Origin: Macrostomum lignano
Taxonomy: Eukaryota
Direction: 5' to 3'
Length of the DNA stretch: 64,000 bases
Assembly (NCBI GenBank): GCA_002269645.1
Contig: NIVC01003778.1
Location: 13,151 to 77,150, forward strand
Shown here: piece after piece, positions 1-23,001 of the stretch
Position numbering within the stretch: the stretch's first letter is position 1
Layout: the number at the start of each line of letters is the position of its first letter
Notes under the pieces: generated by a model
Databases searched by the model: none
What the model saw: only the letters and a program-made list of their open reading frames with translations
What the model was told of the DNA's origin: nothing
Made by a program: the position numbers and the translations under genes

Positions 1-11622
<11,622 letters not shown>

Positions 11623-11769
11623 TTTCTTTGTCAGTTGTTTTCGAATGTTCAATTTGGTTCGAAGTTGGTTTCCCCGAAAAGAGTAATGCGTTCAGCATTT
11701 CAGGTATTCTTTTTTATAAAACTGGCGGCCCGATAGGTAGACCCCACTATATAGAATTCTGAAATCCGC

Positions 11770-11808
11770 AATCTGATTGGCTGACCGAACCAACTAGCCA
11801 ATCAGATT
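11770..11808. promoter_or_regulatory. Pair of inverted CCAAT (NF-Y-type) boxes upstream of the EGF/LamG gene
   Basis: Perfect 13-bp inverted repeat AATCTGATTGGCT (11770-11782) / AGCCAATCAGATT (11796-11808), about 150-190 bp upstream of the putative ATG at 11622. Confidence 0.45.
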
Positions 11809-12643
11809 CGTCCGACAGGATCATCATTGAGACTGCATAATGTCCCATACAGAGCCTGTCCAATTCAATTGGAAATCGCGACTGGAGCCTCACAATGCCC
11901 TCGAGGGGAAGTGGGTACCCATCAGAGTTCTCGATGTCAAACCTCGAATGTAAACCTGTCAGTTGTTTTGTCATACGTAGTAAGGCCGAGGGGCTCATTT
12001 GCATATTTCAGCAGGCTCATTAGCAGTTGACTTCTACATGTGCATGTGTATACACGAACTCTGTAACGCACCAATGATTTTTGTTTTAATTAGCGTCAGA
12101 AAAGCATGTGACTATTCATTGTGGTAAATATAGTATAGCTATGCGGCAGTACTGAGCAAGGCCAAAATATTAATACATTAGTAGTTTTGAATTCCAACAT
12201 GTAATAAATTGGTACACATTTCTATAGAAATATTCGTAACATGCTTCTTTCTCTATTTACACATTTTAGTCATACTCTTTTTACTTCGCATTCTATTTTC
12301 CCTACTGCTTCTACCTATTGATACTATTTCTCTACTCCTCACCCTACTACCCCTCGACCACACTATTTAGTGTCTCCCGGCCATCCCATAGAATCGTTGC
12401 GTTCGAACAATGCGCTGTTAAAAAAATTTTAAAGCTTAAAAAAGTTTTTTAGACAAAAAGCTTTTCTTTAAAACAATGCAGATTTGTAAAAGCGTATCTA
12501 GCTTTTTGTAAATATCTGCTTTCTGCATTGTCACTGATTCAAAAGTACATGGCCAGGTAGAACATCACCTGCTTCTGCTACTCTAAGGGTATAAGGCGCT
12601 ATAAAAACGACTTTGTTACTTTGTACTTTTAGATATTGTTATC

Positions 12644-15600
12644 ACAGGGGCGCCCACCAAGAGGCAGGGGCGCCCACCAAGAGACAGGAGCGCACACCAA
12701 GAGACAGGGGCGCCCAACAAGAGACAGCAGCGCACACCAAGAGACAGGGGCGCCCACCGAGAGACAGGAGCGCACACCAAGAGGCAGGGGCTCCCAACAA
12801 GAGACAGGAGCGCCCAACAAGAGACAGGAGCGCCCAACAAGAGACAGGAGCGCCCAACAAGAGACAGGAGCGCCCAGCAAGAGACAGGAGCGCCCACCAA
12901 GAGACAGGGGCGCCCAACAAGAGACAGGAGCGCCCAGCAAGAGACAGGAGCGCCCACCAAGAGACAGGGGCGCCCACCAAGAGACAGGGGCGCACACAAA
13001 GAGACAGGGGCGCCCAACAAGAGACAGGAGCGCACATCAAGAGACAGGAGCGCCCACCAAGAGACAGGGGCGCCCACCAAGAGACAGGGGCGCCCAACAA
13101 GAGACAGGGGCGCCCAACAAGAGACAGGAGCGCACACCAAGAGACAGGAGCGCACACCAAGAGGCAGGGGCTCCCAACAAGAGACAGGAGTGCACAACAA
13201 GAGACAGGAGCGCACACCAAGAGACAGGGGCGCCCACCAAGAGACAGGGGCGCACACCAAGAGACAGGGGCGCCCACCAAGAGACAGGGGCGCCCAACAA
13301 GAGACAGGGGCGCCCAACAAGAGACAGGAGCGCACAACAAGAGACAGGGGCGCCCACCAAGAGACAGGGGCGCCCAACAAGAGACAGGAGCGCACACCAA
13401 GAGACAGGAGCGCACACCAAGAGGCAGGGGCTCCCAACAAGAGACAGGAGTGCACAACAAGAGACAGGAGCGCACACCAAGAGACAGGAGCGCACACCAA
13501 GAGACAGGAGCGCACAACAAGAGACAGGAGCGCACACCAAGAGACAGGAGCGCACACCAAGAGACAGGGGCGCCCAACAAGAGACAGCAGCGCACACCAA
13601 GAGACAGGAGCGCACACCAAGAGGCAGGGGCTCCCAACAAGAGACAGGAGCGCACAACAAGAGACAGGAGCGCACACCAAGAGACAGGAGCGCACAACAA
13701 GAGACAGGAGCGCACAACAAGAGACAGGAGCGCACACCAAGAGACAGGAGCGCCCAACAAGAGACAGGAGCGCCCAACAAGAGACAGGAGCGCCCAGCAA
13801 GAGACAGGAGCGCCCACCAAGAGACAGGGGCGCCCAACAAGAGACAGGAGCGCCCAGCAAGAGACAGGAGCGCCCAACAAGAGACAGGAGCGCCCAGCAA
13901 GAGACAGGAGCGCCCACCAAGAGACAGGGGCGCCCAACAAGAGACAGGAGCGCACACAAAGAGACAGGGGCGCCCAACAAGAGACAGGAGCGCACATCAA
14001 GAGACAGGAGCGCCCACCAAGAGACAGGGGCGCCCACCAAGAGACAGGGGCGCCCAACAAGAGACAGGGGCGCCCAACAAGAGACAGGAGCGCACAACAA
14101 GAGACAGGAGCGCACACCAAGAGACAGGAGCGCACAACAAGAGACAGGAGCGCACACCAAGAGACAGGAGCGCACACCAAGAGACAGGGGCGCCCAACAA
14201 GAGACAGCAGCGCACACCAAGAGACAGGGGCGCACACCAAGAGGCAGGGGCTCCCAACAAGAGACAGGAGCGCACAACAAGAGACAGGAGCGCACAACAA
14301 GAGACAGGAGCGCACAACAAGAGACAGGAGCGCACACCAAGAGACAGGAGCGCCCAACAAGAGACAGGAGCGCCCAACAAGAGACAGGAGCGCCCAGCAA
14401 GAGACAGGAGCGCCCACCAAGAGACAGGGGCGCCCAGCAAGAGACAGGAGCGCCCAACAAGAGACAGGAGCATCCAGCAAGAGACAGGAGCGCCCACCAA
14501 GAGACAGGGGCGCCCAACAAGAGACAGGAGCGCCCAGCAAGAGACAGGAGCGCCCACCAAGAGACAGGGGCGCCCAACAAGAGACAGGAGCGCCCACCAA
14601 GAGACAGGGGCGCCCAACAAGAGACAGGAGCGCCCAGCAAGAGACAGGAGCGCCCACCAAGAGACAGGAGCGCACACCAAGAGACAGGGGCGCCCAACAA
14701 GAGACAGCAGCGCACACCAAGAGACAGGAGCGCCCACCAAGAGACAGGAGCGCGCACCAAGAGGCAGGGGCTCCCAACAAGAGACAGGAGCGCACAACAA
14801 GAGACAGGAGCGCACACCAAGAGACAGGAGCGCACACCAAGAGACAGGGGCGCCCAACAAGAGACAGCAGCGCACACCAAGAGACAGGGGCGCACACCAA
14901 GAGGCAGGGGCTCCCAACAAGAGACAGGAGCGCACAACAAGAGACAGGAGCGCACAACAAGAGACAGGAGCGCACAACAAGAGACAGGAGCGCACACCAA
15001 GAGACAGGAGCGCCCAACAAGAGACAGGAGCGCCCAACAAGAGACAGGAGCGCCCAGCAAGAGACAGGAGCGCCCACCAAGAGACAGGGGCGCCCAGCAA
15101 GAGACAGGAGCGCCCAACAAGAGACAGGAGCATCCAGCAAGAGACAGGAGCGCCCACCAAGAGACAGGGGCGCCCAACAAGAGACAGGAGCGCCCAGCAA
15201 GAGACAGGAGCGCCCACCAAGAGACAGGGGCGCCCAACAAGAGACAGGAGCGCCCACCAAGAGACAGGGGCGCCCAACAAGAGACAGGAGCGCCCAGCAA
15301 GAGACAGGAGCGCCCACCAAGAGACAGGAGCGCACACCAAGAGACAGGGGCGCCCAACAAGAGACAGCAGCGCACACCAAGAGACAGGAGCGCCCACCAA
15401 GAGACAGGAGCGCACACCAAGAGGCAGGGGCTCCCAACAAGAGACAGGAGCGCACAACAAGAGACAGGAGCGCACACCAAGAGACAGGAGCGCACAACAA
15501 GAGACAGGAGCGCACACCAAGAGACAGGAGCGCACACCAAGAGACAGGAGCGCACAACAAGAGACAGGAGCGCACACCAAGAGACAGGAGCGCACACCAA

Positions 15601-15733
15601 GAGACAGGAGCGCACACCAAGAGACAGGAGCGCACAACAAGAGACAGGAGCGCACAACAAGAGACAGGAGCGCACACCAAGAGACAGGAGCGCACACCAA
15701 GAGACAGGAGCGCACAACAAGAGACAGGAGCGC
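12644..15733. repeat. 20-bp minisatellite (GAGACAGGAGCGCACACCAA), ~155 copies, with higher-order repeats
   Basis: Exact 20-bp phase with no indels; rare variant units recur at 660-bp and 960-bp spacing. Confidence 0.97.
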
Positions 15734-15884
15734 TCTCTAGAACACCAAATAATTGGCGCTCCTTAGGGTGCGGTTTTAACTATTTACCCTTTACCCCTCT
15801 AATTTCAATTCCCTAGATAGATACGCTCGTAAAAAGACGCTGAAGAGTCAGAGACTCTTAGCGCTCACACGCCCGCAAAAAAGT

Positions 15885-16445
15885 TCAGAGGGGCAGGAAG
15901 TGGCCTCGCCTCAAGCGGGTGAGGTGGATGGCCTGAAGGTCACTAACAAAAGTCTTTAGAAGCGTCTCAGTGCGCGCATGTCCGCAACGATATGGGTCGC
16001 ACGGCGGGTTGAGCACGACACCTGCGAAGGGGCTCATTTCCCCGGCCCCGCGTAGCACATGGCCGAGAGGTCGCTGTCTCCGCGCTCTAAGGATGGAGCT
16101 CACTGGCGGGACGCCGGAGCGAGCAGCGAGCGCGCGGTTTGACAGCCTTTCAGGGTAGCGGAGGTCGAGGGCAAACCGCAGCAAAGCTCTGAAGGTGGCG
16201 TCGAGAGCCTGGTTGCGAGATTCCGTGACCGGCAGAGATTCGAAACCGTAATGGAATATCGGCTCCACGGCAGCTCGGAAAATCCTGATTATAGTAGTAG
16301 TTATAGCTGTCTGTACACCCAGATGTCGTCGGCAAAAGCGAGGGCAGCCACTCTCAGGGTAACGCGAGCTGCGGCGCCGAGCGACAACGAAGCCATCGTC
16401 TTCAGAGAGAGTGCGGCGCAGGACATAGACATCGGACATCAATTC
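15885..16445 (-). mobile_element. Truncated, frameshifted RTE-like non-LTR retrotransposon (RT C-terminal part)
   Basis: LAFADDI (RT catalytic motif) in a shifted frame at ~16325-16345, followed by the typical post-RT region IFRAAVEPIFHYGFESL...LDATFRALLRFAL...LSN...RRQRPLGHVLR. Confidence 0.8.
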
Positions 16446-18091
16446 CCTAATTAAGACTAATTGCATGTAGGTACATGTATTACCGTATGTCACACGCTAA
16501 ATGAAGCTTCTAGTTCCTACTACATTCCAAACTTGTAAGTTATGAAAATTAATAAAAAAACAAAAGGTAGCGAAACACAAATGTATGTCAATATAAATGT
16601 CTCTACCGGTACAGCTATACGATGTCGGCGACGTCGCTGACAAACTCGTATAAGTACTTTTGCATTACACTAGCTGCTGACGGATAGATTAGACAGGTTG
16701 TTAGCGAAAATTGGCGCTTGACTGCGAGAAAGACGTCATACGTCCACACTGAACGTCGGGTGTGTAAGGTCCATGTAAAAGTACATTGTTCGCAACGTTG
16801 ATTAGAAGTCTGGAAAATCGACCAGCGGATAAAGACCGCATGACTATAACGTACTGATCACGTCAACTAAAAAGGTGTTTCACCCGTGAAAAAGGTGAAG
16901 AACTCGCCAGTCGTGCTGGAGTGGAGATATGTACATACCTAATTATTTATACTACTACTTTACATGCAGTATATTGTAATCAAATCAAATAATCAAATCA
17001 AAAAAATCAAATAAAATAAAATAACCTGCATGTTTTAATCAATTAGATTGATCTGCATGTTGATACGTCTGCATCGTGCAGCCTCACAAACTACTTAAGT
17101 GTAGTCTACTAAAAGTAGTTCATGTGCAGCCTATATTCAAGAACGATCAAACATGTAAATAAGGATCTCGGTTTTACACGTTCACATTCATGCACTGCAA
17201 ATGTACGCGTTGCATACATTTATTGTAACGCACGTAGAGATAGCGCCGCACATTAAAAAATTGAAGGACAGTTTGATAGCATCCGTCTGTTAACGAATGC
17301 TGAAAGTCTTTTGATTCGGAGTGAGTAGCAACGTATATGAAAGAAAATTTCTACTTGTAATGTTAATGGCCTATGGCAACTAAACTCGGCAGTATGTTCG
17401 TTAAAACAAAAATAGTACATTTAAATGCATTATTTAAAGAAATTAGAACTTGTTTGTTGCCTAAAAAATAAGATAGCATTTTTTTCCCACACATAAAGAA
17501 AAAAACAACTTTAGCTATGTTTTTACCGCACTAAATTGACTTTCCTCTCGTGTTTTTTGTATAATATAATTACCAACAACCTGTGCCTAGGATTCATACG
17601 TATGCCTTTTAGAGGAATTAATATTTATATGTTTACACAAATTATTTTAGGTCAAAATTAAATGTTCTCTTAAATTTACATGTGTATTTTTTGTGCGCCC
17701 AAATTTGTACGCCGAAAATTGGCACGAATTCGTATGCAGAATGTGTAGTCACTGTATACTGCTGTAGCCAGTGTAGGCCTATACCAACTTTGACTCTTTG
17801 AGACTCTGAGACTGAGTCTCTGAGACTAATGATGTTAGTCATTTTTAACATTTGTACACTGGAAATTTCTAGCATACATGTAACTTTCCTAAGTGTGGCC
17901 TTTGTGCTTTAAAATATAAAATACCATACTCTATACTGATATGGCAGTCCTTAACTGGAATTATCCTTGGACTTTTTCTTTTTAATAGGCCTATGCTTTT
18001 GCATTTTTAGTCTGACAGCCCTAAAAATCTGTTTTGGGGCAATATGACCCTTGACCAAATTAAAAGCTAAAATCATTTTTATAAACAATAC

Positions 18092-18378
18092 CATACATGC
18101 GCAACAGTCGGCCGAGTCGGCCGATCCGGCCGACCGATTTGGCGGCCAACCAAGGAAGTCGCAAAAATGCCGACCCGAAAAAACAGAGTAGTAGTACTAA
18201 GTAGCTGACGAGGCTTTATAATACAGTCATAGTTACTCCTGCCGTTTACCCAAAGTTGCGTTAATTTTGCTTTCGAGTTTTTTTACATGTAAGTGGCATT
18301 TTTGGCCAAAAACTACGTCGCATTTTTGTTAAAACTAAGTCGCACGGCCGACCGAATTTTGGAGGTTGCGCATGTATG
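18092..18378. mobile_element. hAT-superfamily MITE, 287 bp
   Basis: Perfect 14-bp TIRs CATACATGCGCAAC / GTTGCGCATGTATG, perfect 8-bp TSD AACAATAC (18084-18091, 18379-18386) and subterminal CGGCCGACCGA motifs. Confidence 0.9.
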
Positions 18379-20824
18379 AACAATACCTAACCAAGGCATA
18401 TAGCTATATTGGCTTAAATTCATTTTAGAAAAATTATAATATAATCTTAAAAAGTCTAGGGCCTGCACAATAAGCAGTGTTGGGCACCATTAATAAAAAT
18501 CTTAATTCTTAATTTTGTTAAGTTGACTAAAAGTTAATTGATAACAGATAATTGTTAATAAGCATTAATCCATTAAAATTAACACAGAAAATATAGAAAT
18601 CTAGCACTTTTTTACAAAACACACTTTACAATGCACTGTCTTTGCTTTTCCATCTTTTTAGTGAAACATGGAGGTCATCTAAGTGATTTGCAAGCTTAAA
18701 AGTGATAAATATTAATTTAAAAAACTTGTACATATTATAATACTAAAAGTAAGCATAGGCCTACTATAAAAGAATTAACTTATTCATTTGAAACTTGAAG
18801 CTAAATAGGATACAAATACAAATACAAATACAAAGGTTGTTTTAGTAGCATTAGTAGGCATAGCAGAAAGTTACAAAAGATTGAGAAAGAAATGAATAAA
18901 ATCAATCGATGCTCACGGACAAGCAATAACGTTCACAATTGTAATTCATTATTAAAGTTCATTTATCTGTTAGTTCAAAAAATCCTAACGGCAGTCTAAT
19001 AATGTTAATGAAAAATCTTAATGCTTATTCTTAGTCAATTAGTTCACTAGATAGCCAATAGGTTTATAGAACAAAGTTATTAGATTGCAATAATTTTGAA
19101 ATGTTATAAAAAGACCAAAGCCAAGATGCTTAGTAAAATTCCTATAAATATTCAATTTAATTTAATACTTAAAACTTAAGCATTGATCTCTATTTTTTAA
19201 TGCAAAACTCTATTCGAATACAATTTCAGATCCAGCAGATGTGCAGCATAAGGTTAATAAATATTATGCTTAGGCATAATAAATCTTATATATAAATCTA
19301 ATTAATTTTACAATCAATAGTATAGCTTGGCACCCAGGGTCCAGATTGTGTAGTACTAGTATACATAGGAACAAGAATCCTATATCAGGTAAATGTAGGC
19401 CAGTATACACCAAAAAACAAAAAAGCCCTAAAATGTAAGCCAAAAATTCTTCCTAAAAAGTCATTTAGTTTTCATAAGTTGAGTTTCCTAAGAAAGGCTT
19501 TTGTATGAAAAGTCTTTAAAATATTATAAATATCTTCATTTTAAACAAACTTAAATTATACCTATAGAAAGAATGATGAAAAGTGTTTGTTTTTATTGTT
19601 ATAAAAATAAAGTAAAGAATAACAATTTTTAACCATAATTAGTGTAGGTAAAACTTTTGTTTTAAAAGAATATACTATAAAAAGTAGGCATATTATAAGC
19701 AACTTTATTTTTTATATCATTTTTTAAAAGTTAAACTGAAGTTGAGAAATTTTTATTGTAGCTCTTGATTCTTAAATATTGAGTTAAGTCAAGTAGTTAA
19801 TAAGAATAAATAGCAGTAAATGTCTTTCAAATGTTTCATTATATTTACATTTTATGTTTTTAAATTATATATTTATGTTTATAGGTTATAGCATATAAAT
19901 TTTACATAAGCATTGCATATAAGTATCACTTTGATTCATTTTCCTTTCTAATCTTTTTTAACTTTCTACTGCACTTGCTAGTGCTATCGAATGAAATTTC
20001 CTGTTCATATTTTATTAGTAATTAATTAGCTTTCTAGTTTAAAATAAATAAGTTAGTTATTTTATTTATCTATTCTTAGTAATATTTTTATACACATATT
20101 TACTTTTAATTTGTTTCTTTTTAGCTTGTAAATTGCTTGGATGACCTCTCTTTTTTGGCTAAAAAGATGTTAAATGCAGACAGTGGTATTATGAAGTTTG
20201 CTTTGAAAAGAAGGGCAAAATTCCCATACTTTCTATGTTAACATTAATGTATTAATGCTTATTAATGATTATCAGTAACTTTTAGTCAACTTAAATGAAA
20301 TTGAGAGTTAACAAGTTAAGATTCTTTGTTTTAATGCTAATGCTTTTGCTCTTAATGTAAGTTAAGGTTTTCATTAACAGTGGCTATTATTACTCAACTT
20401 GATCTTAGGTTAAAACTTTGCTTTGTTTTGGATTCTAAAACCTCATGCTAATATATAATACCTAATACCTAACCTAATAGCTCATGATAAACCCTAACCC
20501 ACTAGACAATAAAAACTGTGCAAACACCATAATAATGCTTGTGGAACTAAACTATACATTCTTAAAAATGAATATTCTATTTACACAATGGTTTATTTTT
20601 ATGCTGAAGACAGATTTTTGGTCCAATATGCCTATCTTCAGAAAGATTGTGTTTAGAAATTGATTGTTGCTTAATTAACTTATTCTGTATTTGACCAGAT
20701 CTAAGATCACAATCAATAGTAATTGTATTTTGATCATTCTAATTCATGAAACCAATCAGATATTACAGACAATATCAGTTATGCCTGCAGAGATTCAAAA
20801 ACTAAAAAGCCACTCGCTATAAAA

Positions 20825-22432
20825 ATGACTGAAGCACATTCTCTGCTAGAGATACAGCGCACAGCTGCCGCTGAAGCTGAAGCTAAATTAGTAGAAATAG
20901 ATAGTCAACTGGAGAAATATTCTGCACTGGAGAAGCGCCTTGCTGAAGTTTCAAGCAGATTTCGCTCTGAACAATTATTAACATTGTCGCCTGGTTGCTT
21001 AGCTAAAGGCACAGTGCTGCACTGTTGCGAAGTTACTATTCGACTTGGCTGTGACTATTATGCTGAGACTTCTGCAGTGAATGCATTGAAAATTGTTCAA
21101 CTAAGATGCGATCGATTGAGAGCTAGCAGGAATTTGTTTCTGGTGCGTTCATCTCTTTGTTTCTTTTGTAATTTAGGGTTTAAAATAGCAAGCACTAGTT
21201 ACTGCTAATATTAAATTCTTGGTCATCAGATCTGACTGAGTCATTCCTCTTGAAAATGGTAGATTTGGGCTGATATTGGGCAATGATGGCACCTCATTTG
21301 CACCTGACTTGTCCCGATGGGCTGAGTCCTAGCTCCTAACTCTCACTTCACCTTAAATTACATGTGTGCCATTTAAAAGTGGCCGGGTGATTCTGAAAAC
21401 TGATCATGCCGCACAGGGAGCCCGAGAATTTCCAGAAGACAGATGTAGCTCATAGATAAACCCATGTATGTAAATATAAATAAATAACATACAAGTATTT
21501 AATATGCAGTTACCATCGAAACGTTTTGATCGGGTAAATCTTTTATTAAGACACTAAGCGTTGGGGGGGGGGGCAATGCAGAAAAAATCTGCCTCATAGC
21601 AAAATGACAAATCTTGGCGGGCAATTCTCATGGACCCCGCCATACATGCATACTATTCTGACCCTTAACTAGAATGCAGTGAAAACTCAGACATGTTAAC
21701 TCAAGCGTAAACAATTAACAACACAAAACGCAGGCTCGCCAATCTAGCGCGATGGAGAACTGTCGCCTACTAGAAGATCTAGGCGCCACAGAAGCTGGCG
21801 GCGATATTCGAGAACAGTGGACAAATGAATCTGAAGCCGATTGGGCTATCAAGCATCGTCAGGCAGTTCGACAACAGAAAATTGAAGAGCGAGAACAGCG
21901 AGTGAAAGATTGCGAAGCAACCGGTGCAGTTGATGATGCTAAAATTTGGGCCCGTCTCGACGAACTTGAGCTTCAAGAAGCGCTCGAAGAACAAGGATTA
22001 ACAGACACGCCGATTAGTAAGTTGAAGTCAAGCAAGTCGGTTAGTTTCGCCCAGCCAGACGAGAATGATAGTCGGACTTACCGGCCTAGCGAGCCGCCTA
22101 ATGCTGAAGCTATGCGTCAGAGGACAATCAATTTTAGACACAGTAGAGCAAGACTTGGTCAGACTAAAGCTGCCGACTGTGATGATGTTGACTCCACTGG
22201 CGATTGCAGCGAAGCGTCAGTCGCGCCGCTGTACACTAGTCCAGCCGATATTGGTGCTCCTGAGCGGCTGAAACGACAAGCCTTAAGTCAGAGTCAAGCG
22301 CCGGCAGTTAAAGATCGAGTTGTTGAAGCCAATATTGCCACTGCTGCTAATGCTCATCAATCAATTTCCGAATCCAATAGCCAACGCCCAATGTCGAAAT
22401 TTCGACAGCAACGTTTGTTAGGGAAACGTTGA
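20825..22432 (+). CDS. URI1: Unconventional prefoldin RPB5 interactor (URI/Bud27 family), exons 20825-21142 and 21734-22432, ~338 aa
   Basis: Prefoldin-alpha domain (GTVLHCCEVTIRLGCDYYAETSAVNA), IWARLDELELQE motif and C-terminal SKFRQQR URI box. Phase-0 GT-AG intron; AATAAA at 22555. Confidence 0.85.
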
Positions 22433-23001
22433 ACTGAGTGTAATTGACTGAATTGATTTATTTTTGTCTGTTAGCTACTGAATCCGTTGTATTTATGTAA
22501 TTATTGGAGCGCATTTTAAGACGATTGAAACAATTTCTTCCTTGTTTGTTATTAAATAAATGTTAAGGTGATTGTGTTTACTTTTTGAAAGATTTTCTTA
22601 GTTACTCTTTGTATCAATATTTTCCGCGATATAGCGTAAAAAAGATAATAGTGCAACTTGTAATGACTCATGAGTCAGGCAGTGTTTGTGGCGTTCAAGA
22701 AATAAGGTGTTCATCCTCCAAGTAGGGTGAGACAATATTTGTATGTTTGGAAGCGATCTGATTGCAACGTGCACAAGAGCTGCGTGCCTTACGTACATAA
22801 GTTGAGTAGCTACATGTACTTACTAATACAATGTACAAGCTTGCACTGGCCAGAGTGGCATTACACAACTTTACTAATAGCTCGTTTTAGTTGTAGCACA
22901 CTGCATTTTTTAGTTTATTGAAGTTTGTCCTGTATTATTAAATAGTTTTGTAACTAACTGTACGAATTTATCAAATCGATTCTTTCTGACGATGCATTCA
23001 A

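Noticed and set aside
11747-12004. 85-aa minus-strand ORF upstream of the LamG gene
   Set aside because: No recognisable domain, and it overlaps the putative promoter CCAAT boxes.
12613-15816. 800-1067 aa ORFs on both strands
   Set aside because: A 20-bp repeat lacking stop codons opens all frames; no unique coding sequence or splice context.
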